Assembly (NCBI GenBank): GCA_963719495.1
Contig: CAVRCI010000009.1
Span: 96,001-160,000, forward strand
Reading direction: 5' to 3'
From: an uncultured Verrucomicrobiae bacterium
Lineage (GTDB): Bacteria > Verrucomicrobiota > Verrucomicrobiia > Chthoniobacterales > JAATET01
DNA: 64,000 nucleotides
The notes beneath the pieces were generated by a model. The model saw only the letters and a list, made by a program, of their open reading frames with translations, did no database searches and was not told where the DNA came from. The translations under genes and the position numbers were made by a program. Shown in pieces: positions 50,414 through 59,128 of the stretch (within the stretch, counting starts at the first letter, position 1; each line of letters starts with the position of its first letter).

Positions 50414-51555
50414 AACCCGACCGCTCCAATCTGCTCGCCCACTTGGCCGAACTCCAAACCGCACACGGCGGTGCGATCCCGGTCGAAACCTACGTCCGTG
50501 AGGCCCTCTACCACCCCACCTTCGGCTACTACTCGCAAAACATCCGCACCGTCGGCCGCCGCGGCGATTTCTCGACCACCGTCACCCTCGGTGACGCCCT
50601 CGCCCGAGCCCTCGCCCGCTGGCTCGCCATCAACCGTCCCGCCGACAAAGCCCCCTGGCACGTCATCGAAGCCGGACCCGGCACCGGCGAACTCGCCGCC
50701 GCCATCCGCAAGCACCTCGGTTTCTGGACCCGCCGCGCCCTCACCTACCACCTCGTCGAGAGCTCCCCCGTCCTCCGCGCCGAGCAGCAGCACCGCCTCC
50801 GCCGCCACCGCAACGTCCGCTGGCATGCCTCCATGACCGCCGCCCTCACCGCGTGCGGAGGCCACGCCACCATCGCCTCCAACGAACTCATCGACGCCTT
50901 CCCACCCCGAGTCTACGAGTTCCGCGCCGGCCACTGGCACGAAGTCGCCGTCCAGATCCACGAAGGCCGGATCGCGGAAATCCTCCTCCCCGACCGCCCC
51001 ATCCCCGCCACCTCCATCTTCGACCAACCCCACCCCGAAGGCCAACGCGTCGAAGTCCACGTCACCGCCGCCGAGTGGCTCGCCACCTGGGTCCCCGCCC
51101 TCCGCGCCGGCCAGGTCCTCACCATCGACTACGGCGACACCGCCGACCGCCTCTATCACCGCCGCCCCCACGGCACCCTCCGAGGCTACTACCACCACCA
51201 GCGAGCCGAAGGCCTGAGCATCTACCACCGCTTCGGCAAACAGGACATCACCGGCGACGTCAACTTCACCGACCTCGAGACCTGGGGCCACCATCTCGGA
51301 CTCGAAACCGTCGCCCTCACCGATCAGACAACCTTCCTCGCCACCCACGGCTCCAAAAAGCCCGCCACCCCCCACGACGCCGCCCTGGCCGACCACACCG
51401 GAGCCGGCACCGCCTTCAAAGTCCTCATCCAAAAGAAAACGGCTGCCCCACCAATCGGCCTCCAACTCTGGCCGACAGGCCCGCAGGGCTGCATCGGGGG
51501 AGCACAGGGTTGCCTTCGGCGGTCTCCGCTTCGCTCCGGCTCCAGCCTGTCGTGA
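50410..51555 (+). CDS. SAM-dependent methyltransferase, MidA/NDUFAF7 family (start uncertain)
   Basis: ALYHPTFGYY, GDFST, EAGPGTGEL, SNELIDAFP, IDYG, QDITGDVNF, FKVLIQ. Confidence 0.88.
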   Translation: MKPDRSNLLAHLAELQTAHGGAIPVETYVREALYHPTFGYYSQNIRTVGRRGDFSTTVTLGDALARALARWLAINRPADKAPWHVIEAGPGTGELAAAIRKHLGFWTRRALTYHLVESSPVLRAEQQHRLRRHRNVRWHASMTAALTACGGHATIASNELIDAFPPRVYEFRAGHWHEVAVQIHEGRIAEILLPDRPIPATSIFDQPHPEGQRVEVHVTAAEWLATWVPALRAGQVLTIDYGDTADRLYHRRPHGTLRGYYHHQRAEGLSIYHRFGKQDITGDVNFTDLETWGHHLGLETVALTDQTTFLATHGSKKPATPHDAALADHTGAGTAFKVLIQKKTAAPPIGLQLWPTGPQGCIGGAQGCLRRSPLRSGSSLS

Positions 51556-51583
51556 CGGGTCCGGCAGCTGCCGGACCCGTCAC
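51552..51583. repeat. Perfect 32-bp palindrome with no spacer
   Basis: gtgacgggtccggcag|ctgccggacccgtcac. Confidence 0.92.
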
Positions 51584-51960
51584 AACTGCACGCAAGTGCA
51601 CCGCGAAGCGGCCTCAGCGGCCCTTGCCCGGAAAAGTCACCGGTAGTGGCCCGAAAGCAAATCTGAAGGAAAAAGCGGTGAGATTGGTGGGTCGCCAAGT
51701 ATTCAACGGCGGCGGGGAGTCGAGATAGGATCGATTCCGGGGGATTGGACGGGAAAGGGGTGGATTTTGCGCCGCGGCAGGCACGATTTGGCAGACCGAG
51801 TGCAGAGCAGGTTTGAGGCAATCAAGCAGCGATGAGTTGGGGCTGCGGACCTGGACTGAGGCGGGCGGACCGCAACCGGCAAGACGCTGTTGGGCCTGAG
51901 CAAAGACACTCTTGAGCGCCCCGAACTCCACGATCCGCCGAAGTCATCGAGCTTTAGGAA

Positions 51961-52062
51961 TTTGAACAGAAGCACGCAAAGATCGCAAAGGGATGAAAGA
52001 ATCCTGGAATTCTTCTTCCTGTATTCTTTGCGACCTTCGCGACCTTCTGTTCAAAAGCATTT
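51961..52062. repeat. Element with 12-bp inverted ends (tttgaacagaag / cttctgttcaaa) and cgcaaag/ctttgcg arms
   Basis: The right arm alone recurs at about 21393-21422 and 22820-22857. Confidence 0.75.
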
Positions 52063-52117
52063 CTATTTCACGGGCGTCCAGTTGACTCGCTCGCTCCCGC
52101 TCGTCTCGCCCTCCGGG

Positions 52118-52702
52118 CTAGGAGCTGGCCGGATCCTTGGCCGGAGCGAGGTAAGAGTCCACCCAGGCACCCGTCTTCAGGTTCATTGCCGTGTCGACGG
52201 CTTTCTCGAAAGCCGGAACCGTGCTTTTCACCCACACGATCTCGCCATTGTCGTTCGTAATGACCAGGAGCCAGCCATGGTAGCTTTCGCCAAACACCGC
52301 GTCAGTCCGATCGTAACGTAGTTCGATCTCCTTGGTCTCGTGCTCCAGCACCCGCCCGTCACGCGCGTTCGAGAGTGCAATGGGAAACTCTTCGCGCTGC
52401 ACGATCTTGTAGCACTTGCGATCCACCGCGGACCGGGCCACCACCCAGAAATATGCCGTCAACCCCTCGACACTCGCGTTGAGCTCTTTGTTCGTGACCT
52501 TGATACCCATCTTCACGCGCTCGGACCGGTCGTCCCAATCCCCACCCTCCACCTTCGTCGAGCGCTCGCGAATCACGCTCACGTCCAGCCGCGGAGGATT
52601 CTTCGCCATTGGCATTTCCGCCATCGCGCTCATTGGCAAACAAGCCGCCATCAGGCTTGGTAAAATGCGCCCCGAGAATTTGCGACTAATTTGACGGTTC
52701 AT
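52118..52702 (-). CDS. Hypothetical secreted protein
   Basis: Signal-like N-terminus; beta-rich globular ORF. Confidence 0.7.
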   Translation of the reverse strand: MNRQISRKFSGRILPSLMAACLPMSAMAEMPMAKNPPRLDVSVIRERSTKVEGGDWDDRSERVKMGIKVTNKELNASVEGLTAYFWVVARSAVDRKCYKIVQREEFPIALSNARDGRVLEHETKEIELRYDRTDAVFGESYHGWLLVITNDNGEIVWVKSTVPAFEKAVDTAMNLKTGAWVDSYLAPAKDPASS

Positions 52703-52855
52703 TACCTCCTCCCCTACCGAAGCGATTCTCGAATTCCAAGCCTATCCGAAAATCTCGGGGAATCCCCTAGACCCTCGATCGCAGTGTATCTATCCGCTCA
52801 ATCTCGCCCACCTCCAATCTCGACTTTCCAAGTCGGAATTCCCAACCTCCCGCCC

Positions 52856-54253
52856 ATGAGCACCCACCTGTTCCGCGAGAAAATGGAAACCGCCGGCGTC
52901 AGCGAATCCGCCATCCGGGCCTTCGAAAACGGCTACGAACGCTTCGCCCGTAACGAGAACGCCCTCATCCCCGAGACCGACATCACCCCCGTCGAATCCC
53001 TCCCCAGCCTCGACGAAATCCGGGACTCCTTCGCCACCGCCGACTCCGCCACCCTCCTCTCGCAGACCGCCGTCCTTAAACTCAACGGCGGCCTCGGCAC
53101 CAGCATGGGCCTCGAACGCGCCAAATCCCTCCTCCCCGTCCGTGGCGACGACACCTTTCTCGACCTCATCGTCCGCCAGATCCTCAGCTGGCGCGAGTCC
53201 ACTTCCAACGTCCGATTCCTGCTGATGAACAGCTTCAGCACCAGCGCCGACACCCGCGCCGCCCTGGCAAATTATCCCGCCCTCGGCGACCCCGCCGACC
53301 TCGAACTCCTCCAGAACAAAGTCCCCAAGATCGACGCCGCCACCCTCGAGCCCGCCACGCACCCGGCCGCCCCCGAGCTCGAATGGTGCCCCCCCGGCCA
53401 CGGCGACCTCTACGCCGTCCTCGCCGGCTCCGGAGCCATCGACGAACTCCTCGCCAGCGGCATCACCTACCTCTTCGTATCGAACTCCGACAACCTCGGT
53501 GCCACCCTCGACCCCGCCCTCCTCGCTTGGTTCGCCGAATCCGGCAAACCCTTCGCCATGGAAGTCACCGCCCGCACCCACTCCGACCGCAAAGGTGGCC
53601 ACCTCGCCCTCCGCGACGGCCACCTCATCCTCCGCGAATCCGCCCAGTGCCCCGACACCGATCTCGAATCGTTCCAGGACATCGACCGCCACCGCTACTT
53701 CAACACCAACAACCTCTGGCTCCGCCTCGACCGCCTCCGCGACGCCATCCACGAAGCCGGCGGCTTTCTCCCCCTTCCCGTCATCCGAAACCAAAAAACC
53801 GTCGACCCCCGCGACAAGAAATCCACCCCCGTCGTCCAGCTCGAGACCGCCATGGGAGCCGCCATCGAGTGCTTCCCCGACGCCGGAGCCATCGCCGTCC
53901 CCCGCTCCCGCTTCGCCCCCGTCAAAACGACCGGCGACCTCCTCACCCTCCGCTCCGACGCCTACGAAATCGCCCACGACGGCCGCACCCAGCTCGCCCC
54001 ATCCCGCGACGGCATCCCGCCCCGCATCGAACTCGACGGCCACTACAAACTCGTCGACCAGCTCGACGCCGCCACACCCGACGGCCCCCCATCCCTCGTC
54101 AACTGCGACTCCCTCACGGTCAAAGGCCCCATCATCTTCGGCCCCAACGTCGTCATCACCGGCCAGGTCATCCTCACCAACAAAGCCGACACCCCAGCCA
54201 TCCTCCCCCCCGGCACCTACGCCAACACCCAGCGCGCAGCGCCCTTCCTGTAG
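52856..54253 (+). CDS. UTP--glucose-1-phosphate uridylyltransferase, eukaryote-type UDPGP family
   Basis: KLNGGLGTSMG, LMNSFST, WCPPGHGD, SNSDNLGA, FNTNNLW, QLETAMG, RFAPVK. Confidence 0.93.
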   Translation: MSTHLFREKMETAGVSESAIRAFENGYERFARNENALIPETDITPVESLPSLDEIRDSFATADSATLLSQTAVLKLNGGLGTSMGLERAKSLLPVRGDDTFLDLIVRQILSWRESTSNVRFLLMNSFSTSADTRAALANYPALGDPADLELLQNKVPKIDAATLEPATHPAAPELEWCPPGHGDLYAVLAGSGAIDELLASGITYLFVSNSDNLGATLDPALLAWFAESGKPFAMEVTARTHSDRKGGHLALRDGHLILRESAQCPDTDLESFQDIDRHRYFNTNNLWLRLDRLRDAIHEAGGFLPLPVIRNQKTVDPRDKKSTPVVQLETAMGAAIECFPDAGAIAVPRSRFAPVKTTGDLLTLRSDAYEIAHDGRTQLAPSRDGIPPRIELDGHYKLVDQLDAATPDGPPSLVNCDSLTVKGPIIFGPNVVITGQVILTNKADTPAILPPGTYANTQRAAPFL

Positions 54254-54655
54254 AGGGTTGGGAGGGTCGCGCCCTCCGTCACCATCTCCCGGAACGCCCG
54301 ACCCAGGAACCCCGCCCGCCTCACACGATCAACCGCACACCCTGCCGATCCGCCGTGCTGTCGGGCAACTTCTCTTCGGCAATTCGCGTAAGGTTCGTCG
54401 GAATCCGCCACTTTTCCGAAAGCTCACGAATCCGTCGGATCTTCCCGCGATTCGTCCGCGCCACCGCAGTCGTTGGCCGTCCGTCACCCGTGATGCTCCG
54501 AGCCGTCCACCAACACCAACTCCGAACACCAGCCTCCGCCCGTGACGCTCACCACCCACCTCCCGGCCAACCACGGAGCCGGAACTCAACTCGTCGGAAA
54601 GCAATTCCGGTTGCGAAAACAGCGCTTTGCCGTCACGCTTGCAAGACGCCAGCCG

Positions 54656-54871
54656 ATGAAAACGCCAATCCTTTCCACCCTCGTCCTCCTCGCCCTTCCG
54701 GTCTTCGCCCACGCCCACGGCGGTCACGCGGAAGCGGTCGGAGCCACGCACATCGCCTTTCACCTGGCACCCGCGGCAGCGCTCATCGTTCTCACCCTCG
54801 GCGCAGTCGGCCTCATCAAAAACCGCCGCCGCCAGCCATCGAAAGTCGCCGTCCAGCGGGACTCCGACTAG
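54656..54871 (+). CDS. Small membrane protein with signal peptide and His-rich mature N-terminus
   Basis: MKTPILSTLVLLALPVFAHA-HGGH...H...H, TM helix, KNRRRQ. Confidence 0.6.
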   Translation: MKTPILSTLVLLALPVFAHAHGGHAEAVGATHIAFHLAPAAALIVLTLGAVGLIKNRRRQPSKVAVQRDSD

Positions 54872-54995
54872 ACGTCTAATCGCCCAGGCGAGATCTTCGC
54901 CCACCAGGGATCAGAAACGAAGCAGGGCTTCGATACCACGCCTGAAAGCCCTCCCAAAGAATCGGCGGATCTATTCACCCCGCTCGGGGCAATCC

Positions 54996-55142
54996 TAGAG
55001 CACTTTCAAATTGATTGGACGATTCGATCCGGCAAGCGGGGGGAGGGCGTCCCGCCCTCCTGATCCAAACTCGAGGACAAGACGTCCTCGCCCCGTTTCG
55101 TCGTCCCTTGCCTAGGTCGCCAGTTACTTTGAAAATGCTCTA
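54996..55142. mobile_element. MITE-like element, 147 bp, 15-bp terminal inverted repeats with TA at both ends
   Basis: tagagcactttcaaa ... tttgaaaatgctcta (14/15); partial copy at 274-368. Confidence 0.75.
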
Positions 55143-55248
55143 AATGAAGGGTAGCGCGAGACTTCCACCTGCCCAGGACATCCTCGGAGAATCATTGCCC
55201 GCAGGTCCGAAGGCGTCGAGGGGCGTCTTCCGCGTCCCTAAACCCCAC

Positions 55249-55286
55249 AAAAAAGGCGCCCACCAATACAACCGGTGAGCGCCTCT
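55249..55286 (-). terminator. Probable rho-independent terminator after rpsD
   Basis: Minus strand gaggcgctcacc...ggtgggcgcc-ttttttt. Confidence 0.65.
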
Positions 55287-55336
55287 TCGTCGCGCTGGAG
55301 TCGTAAAGACCTCCCTCGCGTGAATGTGCGGAGGAA

Positions 55337-55948
55337 CTAACGCGAGTAGAGCTCGACGACCAACTGCTCGTTTGCAATCGGATTGATCTCGTCGCGGGTC
55401 GGGATGCGCACGACCTCTCCCGAAAAGTTGTCTTTATCGACCATCACCCAATCGGGGACTGGCACGACGGCCGTCTGATCCATGCTGCGCTGCGCGAGGC
55501 GACGAGATCCCTGGACGTCCTTGATGAGAACCTTGTCGCCCGGCTTCAAATTCGCCGATGAGACGTCAAGCTTGCGTCCGTTAATCTGAACGTGTCCGTG
55601 GGACACCATCTGACGAGCCGCGGCGCGGGTCTTCGCGAAGCCCATGCGGAACACAACGTTGTCGACGCGGGTCTCCAGGAGCTGAAGCAGAGTTTCACCG
55701 GTCACACCACGCTTGTTCAGCGCAATGTGGAAATAACGGCGAAACTGCTTCTCGAGCACACCGTATTGGAAACGAAGTTTCTGCTTCTCCGCCAACGCCA
55801 AAGCGTAGTCGGACACCTTCCGGCGCGACCCTTTCGGTCCGTGCATGCCGGGGCGGTAGTTCTTGCGTTCAAAAGCCTTCGCCGAACCGCCCAACATGAC
55901 GTTGAAGCGGCGACTGACTTTGGTTTTGGGTCCTGTGTAACGAGCCAT
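55337..55948 (-). CDS. rpsD: 30S ribosomal protein S4
   Basis: MARYTGP, EKQKLR..YG, LETRVDNVVFR, VELYSR. Confidence 0.98.
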   Translation of the reverse strand: MARYTGPKTKVSRRFNVMLGGSAKAFERKNYRPGMHGPKGSRRKVSDYALALAEKQKLRFQYGVLEKQFRRYFHIALNKRGVTGETLLQLLETRVDNVVFRMGFAKTRAAARQMVSHGHVQINGRKLDVSSANLKPGDKVLIKDVQGSRRLAQRSMDQTAVVPVPDWVMVDKDNFSGEVVRIPTRDEINPIANEQLVVELYSR

Positions 55949-55986
55949 TTAAATTGCGGATTTGGGATTGCGGATTGCGGATTGGA

Positions 55987-56847
55987 TTAGACCCGGCGTT
56001 GTTTGGGTGGGCGGCAACCGTTGTGGGGCACCGGGGTCACGTCTTTGATCGTGCTGATGTCGAGGCCGATGGCCTGCATGGCGCGAACGGAGGATTCACG
56101 GCCGGAGCCCGGCCCCTTGACGCGCACTTCAACTTCCTTGACGCCGTGGCCCATGGCCTGGCGGCAGGCATCCTGCGCCACCATCTGCGCCGCGTAAGCG
56201 GTGCTTTTTCGAGAGCCCTTGAACCCACACTTACCGGCGGTCGACCAGCCGAGGACCGCTCCGGTCAGGTCGGTGATGGTCACGATCGTGTTGTTGAAAC
56301 TGGCCTGGACGTGGGCGATGCCGACGCTGACGTTCTTACTGCCCTTGGCTTTGACGACCTTGATTGGCTCGATGTTGTCGTCGAGCGATATGCTGACCGC
56401 GGACGGCTGGGCGGAAGTGGGAGCCTCGGCTTCCTTCTTCTTGGATTTCTTCGCGCCCTTGACCTTCGGAGCGGCGGCCTCATCGGCTTTCGGCGCGTCG
56501 GCAGCACCTTCTGCCTTCGGAGCCTCGGCGACCGCGTCAGCCTTCGGCTCATCAGCGGCAGCTTCTTCAGCCTTCGGAACTTCAGCAGTTTCGGCCTCAG
56601 CCTTTGGGGCTTTGGCAGCCGCCTTTTTGGCTTTCGGCTCTTCCGCGGCCGTCTCTTCCGCCTTCACTTCTTCGTCCTTCGTTTCGGCAACGGGTTCTTC
56701 GGCCTTTGGCTCCTCCTTTGGCGCTTCGGCTGCTGGTTCAGCAGTCTCTTCCTTGGCAGCAGCGGGAGTCTCCTCGGGTGCGGCGGTTTCCGCCTTCACC
56801 TCGGTCTCGGGCGTCTCTTCGTTCGGTGTGTTCTCTTCGTCGGCCAT
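55987..56847 (-). CDS. rpsK: 30S ribosomal protein S11 with ~160-aa Ala/Glu/Lys/Pro-rich N-terminal extension
   Basis: [42 protein letters not shown]. Confidence 0.96.
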   Translation of the reverse strand: MADEENTPNEETPETEVKAETAAPEETPAAAKEETAEPAAEAPKEEPKAEEPVAETKDEEVKAEETAAEEPKAKKAAAKAPKAEAETAEVPKAEEAAADEPKADAVAEAPKAEGAADAPKADEAAAPKVKGAKKSKKKEAEAPTSAQPSAVSISLDDNIEPIKVVKAKGSKNVSVGIAHVQASFNNTIVTITDLTGAVLGWSTAGKCGFKGSRKSTAYAAQMVAQDACRQAMGHGVKEVEVRVKGPGSGRESSVRAMQAIGLDISTIKDVTPVPHNGCRPPKQRRV

Positions 56848-56872
56848 GGTCGTATTCTTCGAAATCTAAGGA

Positions 56873-57268
56873 TTAAACTTTGCCCGTCTTCGCGTTCGGG
56901 TTGCGCTGGATACCGACGGTGCGGCGTGGCCCCTTTCGGCTCCGGGCGTTGGTGGAGGTGCGCTGTCCGCGCACTGGCAGGCCGCGGCGGTGACGGATGC
57001 CTCGGTAGCAGTTGATCGCTTGGAGACGCTTGAGGTTGCCCTGGATCTCACGGCGAAGGTCGCCTTCGATCACGACGCGGCTCTCGCTGATCGAGTGAAT
57101 GAGCGTGCCGATCTGCTCGGGAGTCAGGTCCTTGGCGCGAACGTTCGGATCAATGTCCGACTGCTCGAGCAGCTTCTTGGCGGTCTTGGGTCCGATCCCG
57201 TAAATGTAGGGAAGGGAGGCTTCGATGCGTTTGTTTCCGGGGATGTCGACTCCGAGTAGGCGAGGCAT
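56873..57268 (-). CDS. rpsM: 30S ribosomal protein S13
   Basis: [28 protein letters not shown]. Confidence 0.98.
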   Translation of the reverse strand: MPRLLGVDIPGNKRIEASLPYIYGIGPKTAKKLLEQSDIDPNVRAKDLTPEQIGTLIHSISESRVVIEGDLRREIQGNLKRLQAINCYRGIRHRRGLPVRGQRTSTNARSRKGPRRTVGIQRNPNAKTGKV

Positions 57269-57385
57269 ATGAATTTTTGATTGAGGATTGCGGATTGCGG
57301 ATTTGGACGAGCGGATTGCGGGTTGGGCGGGGTGGTCGGGCGGCAGCGCCAATCCGAAATCCGCGTTCCGCGATCCGAAATGGAA

Positions 57386-57499
57386 TCAGCCCTGCTTCTG
57401 CTTGTGGCGGGGGTTTTTGCAGATGACGCGGACGACGTTCTCACGCTTGACGATCTTGCAACTTTCGCAGAGGCGCTTGACTGAGGCTCGGACTTTCAT
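57386..57499 (-). CDS. rpmJ: 50S ribosomal protein L36 (absent from the ORF track)
   Basis: Manual translation [37 protein letters not shown]. Confidence 0.97.
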   Translation of the reverse strand: MKVRASVKRLCESCKIVKRENVVRVICKNPRHKQKQG

Positions 57500-57694
57500 G
57501 ATTTCAGGATGAATAAATTAATTGCGGTGGCCGGAGCCTTGTCATGCGGCGTCGCTGCGGCCCGGACGAGTGGTCTGGGAGGATGCGGATGATGGGCATC
57601 CTCTCCTGGCTCCGGCAGCTTGGTCGGGCGTCCCTCCGGCCCACGTCCGGAGACGCGGAACCATCGTCTAGGGACACCTCGACGACCGTATTCG

Positions 57695-58462
57695 CTACTT
57701 CAATAGCGATCTCCGGTTGGATGTCAACACTTCCGGTGCTCCGTCGGTGATTAAAATCGTGTGCTCGAAGTGGGCCGATGGCGATCCGTCCCGGGTGACG
57801 ACCGTCCACTTGTCGTCGAGCACGTCGACTTCGCTCCGCCCCAGGTTGATCATTGGCTCGACGGCAATCGTCATTCCCGACTTCAGTTTCGGCCCCGTGC
57901 CCCGCTTGCCGTAATTGGGAACCTGGGGGTCCTCGTGCAACTTCCGACCCACCCCGTGGCCGACGAATTCGCGCACCACGGTGTAGCCGTTGCGGATCGT
58001 CTCGGCTTCGATGAAGGAACACATGTCGCCCAAACGTCGCCCACCCCGCGCCAATTGGATCGCATCGTTGAGAATCTGCTCGGTCACCCGGAGCAGGCGT
58101 TCGGTCGTCGGATCGATGATCCCGACCGGAATCGTCGACGCGGTGTCGCCAATGTAGCCGTTGAAAATCACACCGCAGTCGAGCTTCACGATATCGCCGT
58201 AGGCAATTTTGCGCGGCCCGCCGTAGCCATGGACCACCTCCTCGTTCACGGAGATGCAAAGCTGGCCGGGAAACGTGCCCCGGTAGTTTTTGAAAGCGCT
58301 CTTGGCACCAGCCTCGGCGATCCATTCGCCCGCCATCTCATCGAGTTCCTTCGTCGTGATGCCGGGGACGATTTTATCGGCGACCCGATTCAAAATGCTG
58401 GCGGCCAAGTCGCCGGAGCGGCGCATTTTCTCGATTTCCGAAGTCGATTTCCGCGGGATCAT
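57695..58462 (-). CDS. map: Methionine aminopeptidase type I
   Basis: CISVNEEVVHG, GDTA, GHGVG, HEDP, AVEPM, SAHFEHT. Confidence 0.97.
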   Translation of the reverse strand: MIPRKSTSEIEKMRRSGDLAASILNRVADKIVPGITTKELDEMAGEWIAEAGAKSAFKNYRGTFPGQLCISVNEEVVHGYGGPRKIAYGDIVKLDCGVIFNGYIGDTASTIPVGIIDPTTERLLRVTEQILNDAIQLARGGRRLGDMCSFIEAETIRNGYTVVREFVGHGVGRKLHEDPQVPNYGKRGTGPKLKSGMTIAVEPMINLGRSEVDVLDDKWTVVTRDGSPSAHFEHTILITDGAPEVLTSNRRSLLK

Positions 58463-59118
58463 CGGGCGACCTCCCCGTTCAAAGCGGCGACGATTGCGTC
58501 CGAGACCCTAGCCCGATCGACGGAGGCATCGATGTCGGTGAGAACGCCAGTCGTGCGATAGTAATCGATCACCGGATCCGTCAACCGCCGATGTTCCTCG
58601 AGTCGGCGGGCAAGCGCCGTAGGCGTGTCGTCCGAACGCCGCTCGAGCTTGGCACCACAATCCTCACACGCGTCGCCCGGCGACAAATTGTGAAACGTCA
58701 TTCCATACGTTGCGCCGCATCGCACGCAGGTAACCCGGTTGAGAATCCGGTCCTCGATCACCGCATCCGGGAGGGTGAGATTGATCGCCAGATCGATCTT
58801 CGCGTCCCGCTCGCTCAAGGCCGCGTCGAACTCCCGCGCCTGTCCAATCGTCCGCGGAAACCCATCGAGCACGAATTTTTCCCAATGCCCCTCGTTCAGC
58901 CAGTTGATCAGAATGCGCAGCGCGACTTCGTCCGGAAAAAGCCGACCTTCCCGGGTCCAGACCTCCATTTCCTTACCCAGATCGGTGCCGCGAGCCCGCT
59001 CTTCGCGCATCATGGCGCCCGTCGATGCGGACGGAATGCCGTGAGCGTCCTCGATCAGTTCCGCCTGCGTTCCTTTGCCGGACGCGGGCGGACCTAACAG
59101 GACGATTCGCCGATTCAC
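58459..59118 (-). CDS. adk: Adenylate kinase
   Basis: LLGPPASGKGTQA, LDGFPRT, Cys4 lid, RSDD. Confidence 0.96.
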   Translation of the reverse strand: MNRRIVLLGPPASGKGTQAELIEDAHGIPSASTGAMMREERARGTDLGKEMEVWTREGRLFPDEVALRILINWLNEGHWEKFVLDGFPRTIGQAREFDAALSERDAKIDLAINLTLPDAVIEDRILNRVTCVRCGATYGMTFHNLSPGDACEDCGAKLERRSDDTPTALARRLEEHRRLTDPVIDYYRTTGVLTDIDASVDRARVSDAIVAALNGEVAR

Positions 59119-59128
59119 GAATGCGCCC

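Noticed and set aside
51700..51960. IS or group II intron remnant
   Set aside because: No transposase or RT motifs and no paired ends identified; left unexplained.
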